From Candidatus Poribacteria bacterium (GTDB lineage Bacteria > Poribacteria > WGA-4E > PCPOR2b): 64,000 nt of DNA. Where the stretch lies: positions 2,368,001 through 2,432,000 of the forward strand of contig OZ220744.1 of the NCBI GenBank assembly GCA_965116925.1. Reading direction: 5' to 3'. Below the pieces are notes generated by a model that saw only the letters and a list, made by a program, of their open reading frames with translations, ran no database searches and was not told the origin of the DNA. Positions 9,596 to 19,860 of this stretch are shown here, piece after piece. Positions within the stretch are counted from its first letter, which is position 1. Every line of letters starts with the position of its first letter. The position numbers and the translations under genes were made by a program.

Positions 9596-10591
9596 TCAGA
9601 CATCAAACAGGTTGATAACTTTTACTGGCTTCCCTGTTTCTGCGGACTCCACGCCTGCGACCAAGGCTGAAACGGTTTTTGCGCCTTCGCGGACATCAAT
9701 CAGTGGTTGTGTTCCATTAATCACGCAGTCAACGAAATGGGAAACTGTTTCCTGAATTGCATCTCCATCGTCTGCGACAATCTCTTCTGTGTGACCATCG
9801 GGATGGTGGATACGGTTTTTCCAGATCGTTCCTTCTGTGCCGTAGATAGAAAGAAACCCCTCACCCATCCCGCGACCTTTGCAGCCGCTGGTAACAAGCA
9901 CTTTACCGACGCAGCCATTCTCAAACTGAAAGGTGAAGATGTAACAGTCATCGAGCGGAAAATCTTGTGCGGCGTACCCGTTGGAATAGGCGTGGACCTC
10001 TGTAACGTCGGCACCGACCGTCCACCGGAGTAGATCGAAGGGATGGCAGCCTCCTCCAATCAGGATGTTCTGTGCGGTCTGCGGATGAGATCGCCAAGTT
10101 ACCGGATTGTAGAGGGAACGCATGTCGTGGATGTAGCTGCCTTCAACGAAAAAGGCATGTCCGATCCCTTCGGCGTCGTAGATCCCCTTAATCCGCTTGT
10201 AGATAGGTTCAAATCGCATGAACTGGCTCGCCATAAAGATGAGGCCAGTTTCGTCGACAGTTCGTACCAATTTTTGGCAGCTTTCTATATCGACCCCCAT
10301 CGGTTTCTCGCATAGGACGTGCTTTCCTGCTCGAAGTGCTGCGATAGCGTGTTCAGCGTGAAAGAAATCTGGGGTACAAACCAAGATAATCTGGATGTCT
10401 GCATCGTCCAATAGTTGCTGATAGTCGGTCGTGGCGTACTTCATTTGACCTTGACGACACAAATCTTGCGCTGTTTCTTCGTTATCATCGGCAACGCCGA
10501 TTAATTCGGCATCAGGGCAAGCTGTAAATGCTTTGATATAATCAGATACGTGGACATCGCTGCCAATCAGTCCGACGCCTAGCGTGTTCAT
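9596..10591 (-). CDS. Gfo/Idh/MocA family oxidoreductase
   Basis: AGKHVLCEKPM, GCHPFD. Confidence 0.9.
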   Translation of the reverse strand: MNTLGVGLIGSDVHVSDYIKAFTACPDAELIGVADDNEETAQDLCRQGQMKYATTDYQQLLDDADIQIILVCTPDFFHAEHAIAALRAGKHVLCEKPMGVDIESCQKLVRTVDETGLIFMASQFMRFEPIYKRIKGIYDAEGIGHAFFVEGSYIHDMRSLYNPVTWRSHPQTAQNILIGGGCHPFDLLRWTVGADVTEVHAYSNGYAAQDFPLDDCYIFTFQFENGCVGKVLVTSGCKGRGMGEGFLSIYGTEGTIWKNRIHHPDGHTEEIVADDGDAIQETVSHFVDCVINGTQPLIDVREGAKTVSALVAGVESAETGKPVKVINLFDV

Positions 10592-10603
10592 CTGCGTATC
10601 CTT

Positions 10604-11566
10604 TTAGAATCCGGCACTCTTATCAACCTGGTTCCGCAACGGTAATTCTCCGCGCACGAAGCGTCCGATATTTTCGCCGAAGATTTCGAGGACGTGCTGT
10701 CCCTCAAACTGTGTGCCGCCGGAAACGTGGGGTGCGATCAATACATTTTCCATCTCCCACAGTTCGCTATCTTCGGGCAGCGGTTCCGTTGCGAAGACGT
10801 CCATTGCCGCTGCGGCTAACCGTCCCTCACGCAACGCCGTTGCCATCGCTGTTTCGTCAACGATGCCGCCCCGTGACATAGGCACTAGCATCGCTGTGGG
10901 TTTCATCAGTGCTATCTGTTCCGCACCGATCATGCCGCACGTCTCCGGTGTGCGGGGAACGGCGATTAGCAGATAGTCGGATTGGCGCAACAGGTCGTCG
11001 AGTCGATCAAATCCCCACACGGCACTGACATAGTCCGGCTTGTCGCCCGGATAGAGGTCTACGGCGATGATTCGCATATCGAAGGCACTTCCCCGTTTGG
11101 CGATCTCACGTCCGATGTTTCCAAATCCGACGATCCCCATGGTGCTGTTGGTCAACTCTAGCATCTTGGGGCGAATTTTACCGATTGCCCATTGTTTATG
11201 TTGCTGTGCAAGGATAGAATCTCTGATGCCGCGGGTAAAGGCGAGAATCATGGCGATCGCGCTTTCTGCGACGCACGCGGCGTGGGTGCCGCTAGCACTC
11301 GTGAGCAGGACATCGCTCTCCACCAGTTCGGGGATGGAGACAAAATAGTCTACCCCGGAGCTGGGGGACTGAATCCATTTGATGTTTTTAGCCGCTAGGA
11401 AGAGATCGCGATTGAGCCAGCCGATGTAGACATCGGCGTCGGCGATAAGCCTTGGCGCATCTTCTGGTTTGGCACAGTGCACAAATTCTACGTCAGGATA
11501 TGCTTTCTCGAATTCGGGGATTCCGTCTTCGAGTTTCATGTGGTTGGGTCCGACCAAAATCTTCAT
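10604..11566 (-). CDS. D-2-hydroxyacid dehydrogenase
   Basis: GIVGFGNIG, SRGGIVDE, DVFATEPL, PHVSG. Confidence 0.9.
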   Translation of the reverse strand: MKILVGPNHMKLEDGIPEFEKAYPDVEFVHCAKPEDAPRLIADADVYIGWLNRDLFLAAKNIKWIQSPSSGVDYFVSIPELVESDVLLTSASGTHAACVAESAIAMILAFTRGIRDSILAQQHKQWAIGKIRPKMLELTNSTMGIVGFGNIGREIAKRGSAFDMRIIAVDLYPGDKPDYVSAVWGFDRLDDLLRQSDYLLIAVPRTPETCGMIGAEQIALMKPTAMLVPMSRGGIVDETAMATALREGRLAAAAMDVFATEPLPEDSELWEMENVLIAPHVSGGTQFEGQHVLEIFGENIGRFVRGELPLRNQVDKSAGF

Positions 11567-11949
11567 CTACAGTATGTTCTCCTTCGTATATGTGAGCAAT
11601 TTTCTTTGAAAGCGTGGTTTCTGAGAATCGTAACATGGTATACTTACGGTGAACTCTATAATTACTTGGCTCATCTCAAAAGAAAGTGAAACGTGAAAAT
11701 AATTTGTTCATTGGTTCAGTTGAGCTATGAAGTCCCAATTCTATTGCACGATTCCCAACGCCCGATAAATCGGGCAACTACAATACGCTCGATAAATCGG
11801 GCAACTACAATCTGAAGTGCGTAACTCCTAAGAAGATTTATCCGCCACAAAATTCAATTTATAGTCGCAGGCAGTATACCATATCTATCGTTAATCTGAA
11901 ACCTATTTTTTCCAAAGTGAGTTCCCGTTGCAGTGAAGAGGAGATGAAA

Positions 11950-12780
11950 ATGACTAAAGAATTGAGTCAGCGATTAGAAGAATATAAGGCAAATGGTTTC
12001 ACCGTTTTTGAGGGTTTATTCACCGAGACGCAGATGCGGAGTTGGCGTGAGAGGCATCAGGAGTTAATGGAAGATTATGATGGACAAACTTGGTTCGGTA
12101 ATATGCTCGAATATGCGCCAAAGTTGATGTGGCCCGCGGTAAAGCATCCAACGATACTCGATTTTTTGGAGATAGTGATGGGACCGTTTGTCCAACTCGA
12201 TAACCTTACCCTTGCTGCGTTTCCGAGTGTTCCGAAGAATCAGGCTGAGGGGCGGGCGTCCGGTTGGCATCGAGATCGGTGGGCAAGGGTGCCGCAAAAG
12301 GATATCTATGAACGGCCACTCGCCTCGAATGCGATCAGTTATTTGCAGGATTTAACAGATGAGTACGGTCCGTTGCGGGTGATTGTGGGGTCGCATCGGC
12401 AGCCAATTACGATAGAGATAGAAGATCGGAATAAGCCGCATCCGGACGAGACTTTGCTCTATATGAAGGCGGGTGATGTCGTTGTAACACACAACCATCT
12501 CATTCATTCAGGAACGCCGAACAGTGCCGATGGTTTACGCTATTTCTTCAGCATTTATTACAATACGACGTGGCTCAAGCATACCGATAACCACAGTGGA
12601 CCTCTGACGCAACGGCTTCTTGAGGAAGCGCGGGAGCGGGACGACCACCGACTGATGCGACTTTTGGGGGTTGATACTCAGTTGCAGCCGCGCTGCAATT
12701 CGGGGTTTCTGGCTCCGGATGAGGATCGGTGGGAGGAATGGATTGCTGCGGATCGTGCTGCGATTAAAGCGGAAGAGTAA
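11950..12780 (+). CDS. PhyH family dioxygenase
   Basis: WHRD, GPLRVIVGSH, HSG.PN; GAGGAG RBS before ATG 11950. Confidence 0.85.
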   Translation: MTKELSQRLEEYKANGFTVFEGLFTETQMRSWRERHQELMEDYDGQTWFGNMLEYAPKLMWPAVKHPTILDFLEIVMGPFVQLDNLTLAAFPSVPKNQAEGRASGWHRDRWARVPQKDIYERPLASNAISYLQDLTDEYGPLRVIVGSHRQPITIEIEDRNKPHPDETLLYMKAGDVVVTHNHLIHSGTPNSADGLRYFFSIYYNTTWLKHTDNHSGPLTQRLLEEARERDDHRLMRLLGVDTQLQPRCNSGFLAPDEDRWEEWIAADRAAIKAEE

Positions 12781-13013
12781 TACGTAATGCGTGATACGTA
12801 AGAAAAAGCGGAATTGGCATCTGCGTTCCCTGCGAATAAACCTTGCCGTACTAAATCGTTGGAGTTTTGGGGGTTGGGTTTCACGGTGTCCGTTCAACCC
12901 AACCTACGGTGATGATGGAGTGCAGTAGGTCGATTTTCCAAAATCGACGTTTGGTTGTCGATATGTGAATCTCTACCTACGGATTACTTAGGAGGTTAGG
13001 TTAGCGTTCGGTG

Positions 13014-14063
13014 TTAGAAGCCGAGGGAGTCTGCGATGTTGTACTCCTCCGCCAGAGATTTGAGGGTATTCCATGTCGCATCTTCGATGAAAATGCCTTC
13101 CTGCAACTTCTGCTGAGTCCGCAGATGTTCTAATTCGCCAGGATAGAAGACCTCTGTGAAACCGGTTGCCGGTGGACAACTCTTCAGATAGGCGGCGAAT
13201 TCTGCGACCTCTTTCTTGAATTCAGCGAGGGAACGGAAGGCGTCTACATTGAACGCTGCCATGAAACATCCATCGTTGTGCTTGCCCGCCGGGTCATGTC
13301 CAAAACCGAGCCCGGTGAGGATACCTGAGAAGATTTCAACCATCACCGAGAGTCCGTATCCCTTGTGTCCCTCTGGTCCCCCTAGTGGGAGTTGAACGCC
13401 GCCACGCCCCAAGTCTTCAGGGTCTGTGGTTGGGTTGCCATCCTTATCAAGAATCCAACCCTCTGGAATTTCAGTCCCGCGCGTACGCGCCACATTGATT
13501 TTACCTCCCGCAACAGCACTGGTTGCCATATCTATGAACAGGGTGCCCTCCAGATCGCTGGGCATCGCCATACAGATGGGATTTGTGCCGAGCCGTGCTT
13601 CTCTGCCGCCGAATGGTGCGACCGATTTGCTGGTGCGCCCAGAATCGGCGGTCATCATGCCGATGAGATCTGCTTGGGCTGCCATGATGGGGTAGTCTGC
13701 CACCCGTCCGACGTGGCTCTGCTGGTAGACAGTGGTGGCTGCGACGCCATGTTGCTTTGCCTTGTCGATAGTGATTTGCATTGCTCGCTCGGAGACCACG
13801 TATCCGAATCCCCAGTTGCCGTTGATGACTGTGGTGGCACCGGTTTCTTGGACGATCTCAAAGGGCGCGCCCGGTACAATATGTCCCCGTTTAATCCGAT
13901 CGATGTAACCGGGAATCGCAATAATCCCGTGTGAGTCGTGGCCCGCCAGATTGGCACCCATGGAGTGTCGAGAGATGATTGACGCTTCCTCCGCGCTGGC
14001 ACCGGCTCCCTGAAGGAGTTGGGAAGCAATTTCTCGTAATCGTTCAGCTGAAATAGTCGGCAT
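13014..14063 (-). CDS. Ldh_2 family oxidoreductase (malate/sulfolactate/ureidoglycolate dehydrogenase-like)
   Basis: GHDSHG, LGTNPI, DMATS, GHKGYGL, PGELE. Confidence 0.9.
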   Translation of the reverse strand: MPTISAERLREIASQLLQGAGASAEEASIISRHSMGANLAGHDSHGIIAIPGYIDRIKRGHIVPGAPFEIVQETGATTVINGNWGFGYVVSERAMQITIDKAKQHGVAATTVYQQSHVGRVADYPIMAAQADLIGMMTADSGRTSKSVAPFGGREARLGTNPICMAMPSDLEGTLFIDMATSAVAGGKINVARTRGTEIPEGWILDKDGNPTTDPEDLGRGGVQLPLGGPEGHKGYGLSVMVEIFSGILTGLGFGHDPAGKHNDGCFMAAFNVDAFRSLAEFKKEVAEFAAYLKSCPPATGFTEVFYPGELEHLRTQQKLQEGIFIEDATWNTLKSLAEEYNIADSLGF

Positions 14064-14094
14064 GATATTCTCCTGATGTTGAGTTATGTTTCTA

Positions 14095-14123
14095 ATCTAG
14101 CAGAATCGGGATACTTTGTCAAG
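14095..14123 (-). promoter_or_regulatory. sigma70-type promoter for the Ldh_2 gene
   Basis: TTGACA-17-TAGATT with TGn on the minus strand. Confidence 0.6.
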
Positions 14124-14241
14124 TTGAAATTGGGCGTGAAACGTGAAACGTGATGCGTAAATGACGCAAATTGTATCCACTTTTCGAGCATGGCGCACTG
14201 AACGAAAGATTACAGAAAATTAAGCCATTTTTCGTTTCTAC

Positions 14242-14270
14242 TTGCCTTATACGGGTTTTCATGCTATAAA
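14242..14270 (+). promoter_or_regulatory. sigma70-type promoter
   Basis: TTGCCT-17-TATAAA with TGn. Confidence 0.45.
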
Positions 14271-14288
14271 AATCCCTAAGATAATCTT

Positions 14289-14304
14289 TGGCATCTTTTT
14301 TGCC
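14289..14304 (+). promoter_or_regulatory. sigma54 (-24/-12) promoter
   Basis: TGGCATCTTTTTTGCC fits TGGCAC-N5-TTGC spacing; identical copy at 15434. Confidence 0.75.
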
Positions 14305-14392
14305 AATTTATCGTTGTTGAGATTTATAGCTGAACGTGGAAAAATACGCCATTCGCTCGATTGGAAAACGAGCATTGTAAAGGAGATCACAG

Positions 14393-15139
14393 ATGAAACA
14401 CAAGATGTACATCGCATGGTATTGGTATGTTATAGCTATTTTCGTATTAGCCTCTGTTACAGGAACTATGACCGTAGTGGCGGAGGAAGAGGGTTCCTCA
14501 TTACCCGTTGACATCGCAATTGATGCCACGTATGCAAGTGCCTATTATTGGCGCGGTGCGAGTGCAGGTGCTGGGACAAGTTTTATGCAACCTTCTCTTG
14601 ATATCTCGTACGCTGCTGGACCTATCAGTGTTGGTGCCAATGTTTGGTATTCGCAGGGTATTGATGGTGGCGATGCGGACAACAGCGAGATTGATTACAC
14701 GGTATACCTCGGCACTAGCCTTGGAGCGGTTGATATCAGCGCAGGTGTTATTGACTACGTGATTCCAGGCAGTTTTCCGTTCGCAGAAGACCATGTGCTT
14801 GAAGCGAACCTAGGTGTCGGTATCAGTGCATTGCCGTTTGACAACAGTATCACCTTTTATACGAATCTTGCCGGTGATGATGATAGTTCGATGTATCTTG
14901 CTCCGAGCCTTGGAACCAGCTATAAAAACTTGGGGATTGGATTGACGGCCGGTCTTGCCCTCGGTGAAAGTGAGCTTTATGGTACTGATGGTGCTGCGCT
15001 AGTTGACATCACACCGAGCATTTCCTACTCCATTGCCGGTGATCCAGAAACATCTGTTAGCTTCAATATCGGTTATAACCCTAATTCGGGTCTGAAGATG
15101 TCGTATGTCACCCTTGGTACTTCGTTCAGTATTGATTAA
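14393..15139 (+). CDS. Outer-membrane beta-barrel, TorF/Gcw_chp-like putative porin
   Basis: Signal peptide, YASAYYWRG, EIDY, alternating beta strands. Confidence 0.7.
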   Translation: MKHKMYIAWYWYVIAIFVLASVTGTMTVVAEEEGSSLPVDIAIDATYASAYYWRGASAGAGTSFMQPSLDISYAAGPISVGANVWYSQGIDGGDADNSEIDYTVYLGTSLGAVDISAGVIDYVIPGSFPFAEDHVLEANLGVGISALPFDNSITFYTNLAGDDDSSMYLAPSLGTSYKNLGIGLTAGLALGESELYGTDGAALVDITPSISYSIAGDPETSVSFNIGYNPNSGLKMSYVTLGTSFSID

Positions 15140-15205
15140 AGCACCGGGATATCTGGTGCCTGTCAACATTTATGTGAGACACCTCCGGCATTCCCGGATA
15201 AGTAC

Positions 15206-15248
15206 CCAATCGTAGAGCGAGTTCCCTTCGTCTCTACGATTGGTTTTT
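15206..15248 (+). terminator. Hairpin plus T run after the first porin gene
   Basis: CCAATCGTAGAG...CTCTACGATTGG-TTTTT. Confidence 0.65.
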
Positions 15249-15433
15249 CAACTAGCAATTTGAGTTAAAATTTAGGCAATGCGCTGCTTGAATTTTCAGC
15301 AGATTAGTGAAAACCGTGTCAACTTCCCATCAATAATCCCGAAGAAATAATCACCTCAAAGATTAAGCCCACCTACTGTTTCCGCCCACTTCGCACAGAT
15401 TTTCATAAAATAAAAAATACGCCGGTCAATCTT

Positions 15434-15449
15434 TGGCATCTTTTTTGCC
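15434..15449 (+). promoter_or_regulatory. sigma54 (-24/-12) promoter of the porin-urt-ure operon
   Basis: TGGCATCTTTTTTGCC; a TGC-N11-GCA dyad at ~15285-15301 could be an enhancer. Confidence 0.75.
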
Positions 15450-15598
15450 CATGTCTATCATCGTATCCTATTCAGGTTGTTGATGAAAACGCTCATTATC
15501 AAGAATAGCGTGTCTGATTCGGCAATAGACCGGTTGAAAGCAAGCGTGGACGAAGTCCGCAGCGATGCTTTCAACATTATTCCAAAAATGGAGGGTAG

Positions 15599-16567
15599 TT
15601 GATGATTTTAGCAAAGTTAAACAGCAGAGGTGTGCGGTCATATTTATGTGCTTTTGCTATGTTGGCACTGACTTTGACGCTCGGTTCCGCTTCTGCGGAG
15701 ATTAAACTGAACGATAACCTGGCGATCTCGGGCTTTCTTGATATGTCGACCGTAACGACTATGGGTGATGAGACTGAAACAAGCCTGTCTTTCGATCAGT
15801 TCGAGATGGACTTTCACCTGAACTACGGTTCAGTTACTGGGCAGGTTGATATTGATAGCACAGATCCGGACCAAGGCATCAAGTTGGAGCAGGGATTTGT
15901 GACGTACACGGCTCCTAAAGATATGCTACCCGGTGTGAGTATTACTGCGGGGCGTTTCCTCAGTTCCTTAGGATTTGAAGCGGCGGAGCCGACAGGTCTC
16001 TATCAATACTCTTTTTCAGAAGGTATTCCCTATCCCGGTTATCAGAACGGTGTTGCAGTTAATGTAAAACCTATGAAAGAAGCAGGACTTTACGTTGCGT
16101 TTCTATCGAGTGTTTGGGATGCCAACGAGACGGATGCAGGGACCCCTGGCATTGAAGCCCAGCTTGTGTTGACCCCAATTGAGCAGATTACTGCGAAGGT
16201 TGGTTATGCGTTAGACGCGATGGACGACTATACACAGACTGAACTCAATGCGTGGGTGTCATTTGCACAGGGACCGCTGACTCTTGCTGGAGAGATTGAT
16301 TTGCTGGGGAACTGGGGTGCTGACGGTAATAGCGGTATGCACTTTTTGGGCATGGCGAATGTTTCACTGGCGGATATAATTTCCGCGCCGGTTGGTGTAA
16401 CGTTCCGTTTTAGTGGTATCGACACAGATCTTGGAGGCACCTCCACGGAGTTCACGTTTAGTCCCTCTTATAGTGCTACGGATAACTGGTTACTTCTTGC
16501 TGAATTCAAACAGCGGCTTGACGCTGAAGAGACAATTATTGCTTTTGAATCACTTTTTACATATTAA
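15599..16567 (+). CDS. Putative outer-membrane porin (BBP2-like beta-barrel)
   Basis: Signal peptide (ASA-EI), ISGFLD, LEQGFVTY, GRFLSSLGFEA.EP..LYQYS, C-terminal aromatic residue. Confidence 0.75.
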   Translation: MMILAKLNSRGVRSYLCAFAMLALTLTLGSASAEIKLNDNLAISGFLDMSTVTTMGDETETSLSFDQFEMDFHLNYGSVTGQVDIDSTDPDQGIKLEQGFVTYTAPKDMLPGVSITAGRFLSSLGFEAAEPTGLYQYSFSEGIPYPGYQNGVAVNVKPMKEAGLYVAFLSSVWDANETDAGTPGIEAQLVLTPIEQITAKVGYALDAMDDYTQTELNAWVSFAQGPLTLAGEIDLLGNWGADGNSGMHFLGMANVSLADIISAPVGVTFRFSGIDTDLGGTSTEFTFSPSYSATDNWLLLAEFKQRLDAEETIIAFESLFTY

Positions 16568-16608
16568 TTTAAGATCCGATAACCATAAATTTTTAAGGAG
16601 ATTATCAA

Positions 16609-17883
16609 ATGTTTCGATTGTACAGTATTTTTGCGATAGGTTTGTTAATTTTGGCTGTAGGAATGCTCGGCGTTGAAGAGGTAAACGCTGGGCCTCATGA
16701 AGTGAGAATTGGTGTGCTACATTCTTTGAGTGGAACGATGGCGATCTCTGAGACCTCCCTCAAGGACGTTGTTGAAATGGCGGTTGAAGAGATTAACGCC
16801 GCCGGTGGGGTGATGGGGAAGCAGATTAAGCCGGTCGTTGTTGATCCTGCCAGTGACTGGGATCTTTTCGCAGAAAAGGCGAAAGATTTGATCGTTAAGG
16901 AAGAGGTTGCTGTGGTCTTTGGGTGTTGGACCTCCGTGAGCCGGAAGTCTGTTCTGCCTGTTTTTGAGGAACATAACTCCCTGCTTTTCTACCCGGTGCA
17001 GTACGAAGGTGAGGAGCAGTCGCTCAACGTATTCTACACCGCCGCGACCCCGAATCAGCAGTTGATTCCTGCAGCTGAGTATATGATGGAAGAGGTCGGT
17101 GCCAAGAAGTTTTATCTATTGGGAACAGACTATGTTTTCCCGCGCACGGCGAACAAGGTGCTGAAGGCTTATTTGAAGACGAAGGGTGTGCCGGATGAGA
17201 ATATCGTCGAAGAATACACGCAGTTCCACCACCAAGATTATCAGACTATTGTCGGCAAAATTAAGAAATTTGCTGCCGGTGGCGACGCTTGTGTGCTATC
17301 CACGATTAATGGCGACAGCAATGTGCCTTTCTACAAAGAGTTTGCGAATCAGGGCTTGACCTCCGATGACTGCCCGATTATGGCGTTCTCTGTTGCGGAA
17401 GATGAGTTGCGTGCGATGGACGTGCCTCCCCTCGTTGGACACCTCGCCGCTTGGAACTATTTCCAGAGCATCAATACACCAGAGAATAAAAAGTTTGTGA
17501 AGAATTTCAAGGCGTTCTGTGAGCGAGAAGGTTTGCCCGGCGGCTCAAAGCGTGTTACGGATGATCCAATTGAAGCCGCATACTTTGGCGTTTATGTTTG
17601 GAAGGCAGCCGTTGAGAAAGCGGGTTCCTTCGATGTCGATAAGGTGCGGGAAGCGGTCTACGGGTTGGAGTTTGACGCACCCGGTGGCAAGAAGATGATG
17701 CACGCAAGCAACCAGCATACGCTGAAACCGGTTTATATCGGCGAAATTAAGAAGAATGGTCAGTTCAAGATTATTTACAAGTCAGATGGGCTGGTTTCGC
17801 CCGATTCGTTTAGCAGGTATCTCCACCCGGATGGCAACTATCCTGCGCCGACCGGCGGTCCAAAGGAGAAAGTTGGGATGTAG
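16609..17883 (+). CDS. urtA: Urea ABC transporter substrate-binding protein
   Basis: IGVLHSLSGTMAISE, FGCWTSVSRKSVLP, YPVQYEG. Confidence 0.95.
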   Translation: MFRLYSIFAIGLLILAVGMLGVEEVNAGPHEVRIGVLHSLSGTMAISETSLKDVVEMAVEEINAAGGVMGKQIKPVVVDPASDWDLFAEKAKDLIVKEEVAVVFGCWTSVSRKSVLPVFEEHNSLLFYPVQYEGEEQSLNVFYTAATPNQQLIPAAEYMMEEVGAKKFYLLGTDYVFPRTANKVLKAYLKTKGVPDENIVEEYTQFHHQDYQTIVGKIKKFAAGGDACVLSTINGDSNVPFYKEFANQGLTSDDCPIMAFSVAEDELRAMDVPPLVGHLAAWNYFQSINTPENKKFVKNFKAFCEREGLPGGSKRVTDDPIEAAYFGVYVWKAAVEKAGSFDVDKVREAVYGLEFDAPGGKKMMHASNQHTLKPVYIGEIKKNGQFKIIYKSDGLVSPDSFSRYLHPDGNYPAPTGGPKEKVGM

Positions 17884-17888
17884 TTGAC

Positions 17889-18030
17889 AGCGGAGAAAAC
17901 GGGAAAACGAGAGAAAGAGCAGACGTGGAAGCGAGGGAGCAGGTGAGCGAGGGGATTAAAAAAACACACGCTTCCACGCCCCCTCACACACTCGCATATA
18001 CTTTCTCCCGTTTCCTCACCCGCTGCATTT
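17889..18030. repeat. Long imperfect inverted repeat between urtA and urtB
   Basis: CAGCGG..AAACGGGA..CGTGGAAGCG pairs with CGCTTCCACG..TCCCGTTT..CCGCTG. Confidence 0.6.
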
Positions 18031-18066
18031 TTCTGTTTCACACTTCACGTTTCACACAATGAACTA

Positions 18067-19860
18067 ATGAACCTTCCCTATAGTCCCATGCCAAGAATCT
18101 GCATAATCATTTCCCTTATTCTTTTACAAATAATTGGTATTCTGTATCCCTGCTTTGCTGAAGGCGATGACATATTCATCCGATCTGAAATCCACAAACT
18201 TGCTAGTGAAGATACTGAGGGTCGCAAGGCTGCAATCATGACGTTGGCACAGGCCGGGGACCTGCGCGTAGAAGCGATTCTTGAGTCGTATAAATTGGGC
18301 GAATTTTATCTCTGGAATGGCGAGGTGGTGCTTTGCAAAGAAACCGTTGAGGATGAGGATTTCAACGAATTTTGCCTCCTTTCAGACTTACTGACTGGTG
18401 AGGCGATTTTGGATACGGACGGAAAACAGGCTCAAATTCCGTTGGAAGAGTTGGAAGAAATTGCTCCATCGCGGGCAGAACGCAAACTCGCAAATAGCGC
18501 GAAGTTTCTTGTAAGGCTTTCGTCGCCGGATCCTGAGATTCGGAGGTCAGGTGTTAAGAAGTGCGGTGACCCGCCGGGAATTATCGAGGCTGTTCCTCAA
18601 CTTGAGGAGATGGCACAGAACGACCCTATTAAGAAAATTCGGTATATTGCCAAAGAGAGCCTACTCCTCATTCGCCTGAGCCGGACACCTTTAGAGAAGG
18701 ACTCTGACGCACATCTTGAAATTGTTCGTGAGTTGGGGAGCATGAAAAGCCTGCGTGGACTTCCCCGGTTGGAGGAGATGTTTGATGAGCTGATGGTAGA
18801 GGTCGAAGCCTTGCCGGACTTTGAGGAAGGGACAGACATCGAGGACCTTGAACCGGCTGATGCGGAGGCACTGGGTATCTATAAATATGCGATTGCGTAT
18901 AAATACGCGATGAACCAGATTGACAATTATCAAGGTTTTGTGGGGGGGATCGGCAATATATTCCGCGGGCTTTCGCTTGGATCGGTGCTTATATTGATGG
19001 CGTTGGGGCTTGCGATTACTTTCGGTCTGATGGGTGTTATCAATATGGCGCACGGTGAACTGATGATGATCGGTGCTTATGCGACCTTTGAGATGCAGAG
19101 GTTGTTTGGTCATACGCCAGATAATCCGTCCGACTGGTATTATGTTGCAGCACTGCCTGTATCATTTATAGCGGCGGCTTTTGTTGGTTATCTCATTGAG
19201 GTTTCCGTTGTCCGCCACCTGTATCGCCGTCCTTTAGAATCATTGTTAGCGACATGGGGAGTTGGGCTGGTCCTGATTCAGTTAGTACGCATTCGCTACG
19301 GCGATAACATCGGGGTGAACGCACCGACTTGGGCGCGTGGTGGGCTTGAAGTGGTGCAGGATCTCATCGTTCCCTACAGTCGCTGCTTTATTATTCTCTT
19401 GTGCGCTTTGTGTGTGCTGCTGATCTATTACTTGATGAACTACACCAAGCTCGGCTTGCGGATGCGAGCGACCATGCAGAATCGGAATATGGCGAACAGC
19501 ATGGGCGTGAACACACAGCGGGTTGATCGCTATACCTTTGCTTTCGGTTCTGGGATTGCTGGAATCGCGGGGTGTGCGTGGACACTTATCGGCGGTGTTA
19601 CACCTGACATGGGACAAAACAACTTCATCATTGATTCATTTTTGGTTGTTGTCACAGGGGGCGTGGGCGAATTGATTGGTGTTATCTGTGCGGGGTTGGG
19701 GATTGGCGTATTGATGAAGGTTATTGAGCCGTTGGGAATTGGTTCTATGGTGGTTGGGGCAATTTGGGCGAAAATCTTACTCCTGATTATTATTGTTGGG
19801 TTCATCCAGTTTAAGCCTGCGGGCTTGTTCGCACCGAAAGGCAGACTCAGTGATGTTTAG
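18067..19860 (+). CDS. urtB: Urea ABC transporter permease UrtB with N-terminal helical extension
   Basis: LGLAITFGLMGVINMAHGELMMIGAY, LLATWG. Confidence 0.93.
   Translation: MNLPYSPMPRICIIISLILLQIIGILYPCFAEGDDIFIRSEIHKLASEDTEGRKAAIMTLAQAGDLRVEAILESYKLGEFYLWNGEVVLCKETVEDEDFNEFCLLSDLLTGEAILDTDGKQAQIPLEELEEIAPSRAERKLANSAKFLVRLSSPDPEIRRSGVKKCGDPPGIIEAVPQLEEMAQNDPIKKIRYIAKESLLLIRLSRTPLEKDSDAHLEIVRELGSMKSLRGLPRLEEMFDELMVEVEALPDFEEGTDIEDLEPADAEALGIYKYAIAYKYAMNQIDNYQGFVGGIGNIFRGLSLGSVLILMALGLAITFGLMGVINMAHGELMMIGAYATFEMQRLFGHTPDNPSDWYYVAALPVSFIAAAFVGYLIEVSVVRHLYRRPLESLLATWGVGLVLIQLVRIRYGDNIGVNAPTWARGGLEVVQDLIVPYSRCFIILLCALCVLLIYYLMNYTKLGLRMRATMQNRNMANSMGVNTQRVDRYTFAFGSGIAGIAGCAWTLIGGVTPDMGQNNFIIDSFLVVVTGGVGELIGVICAGLGIGVLMKVIEPLGIGSMVVGAIWAKILLLIIIVGFIQFKPAGLFAPKGRLSDV

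Noticed and set aside
9480..9598. Read-through of the Gfo TGA giving a CALC motif just upstream of selA
   Set aside because: The motif derives from the CGCAGAG intergenic repeat also present at ~51716.
11758..11812. Direct repeat CGATAAATCGGGCAACTACAAT x2 as a mini CRISPR
   Set aside because: Only two units, ~5-nt spacer and no cas genes; it resembles the dispersed palindrome at ~48828-48873.
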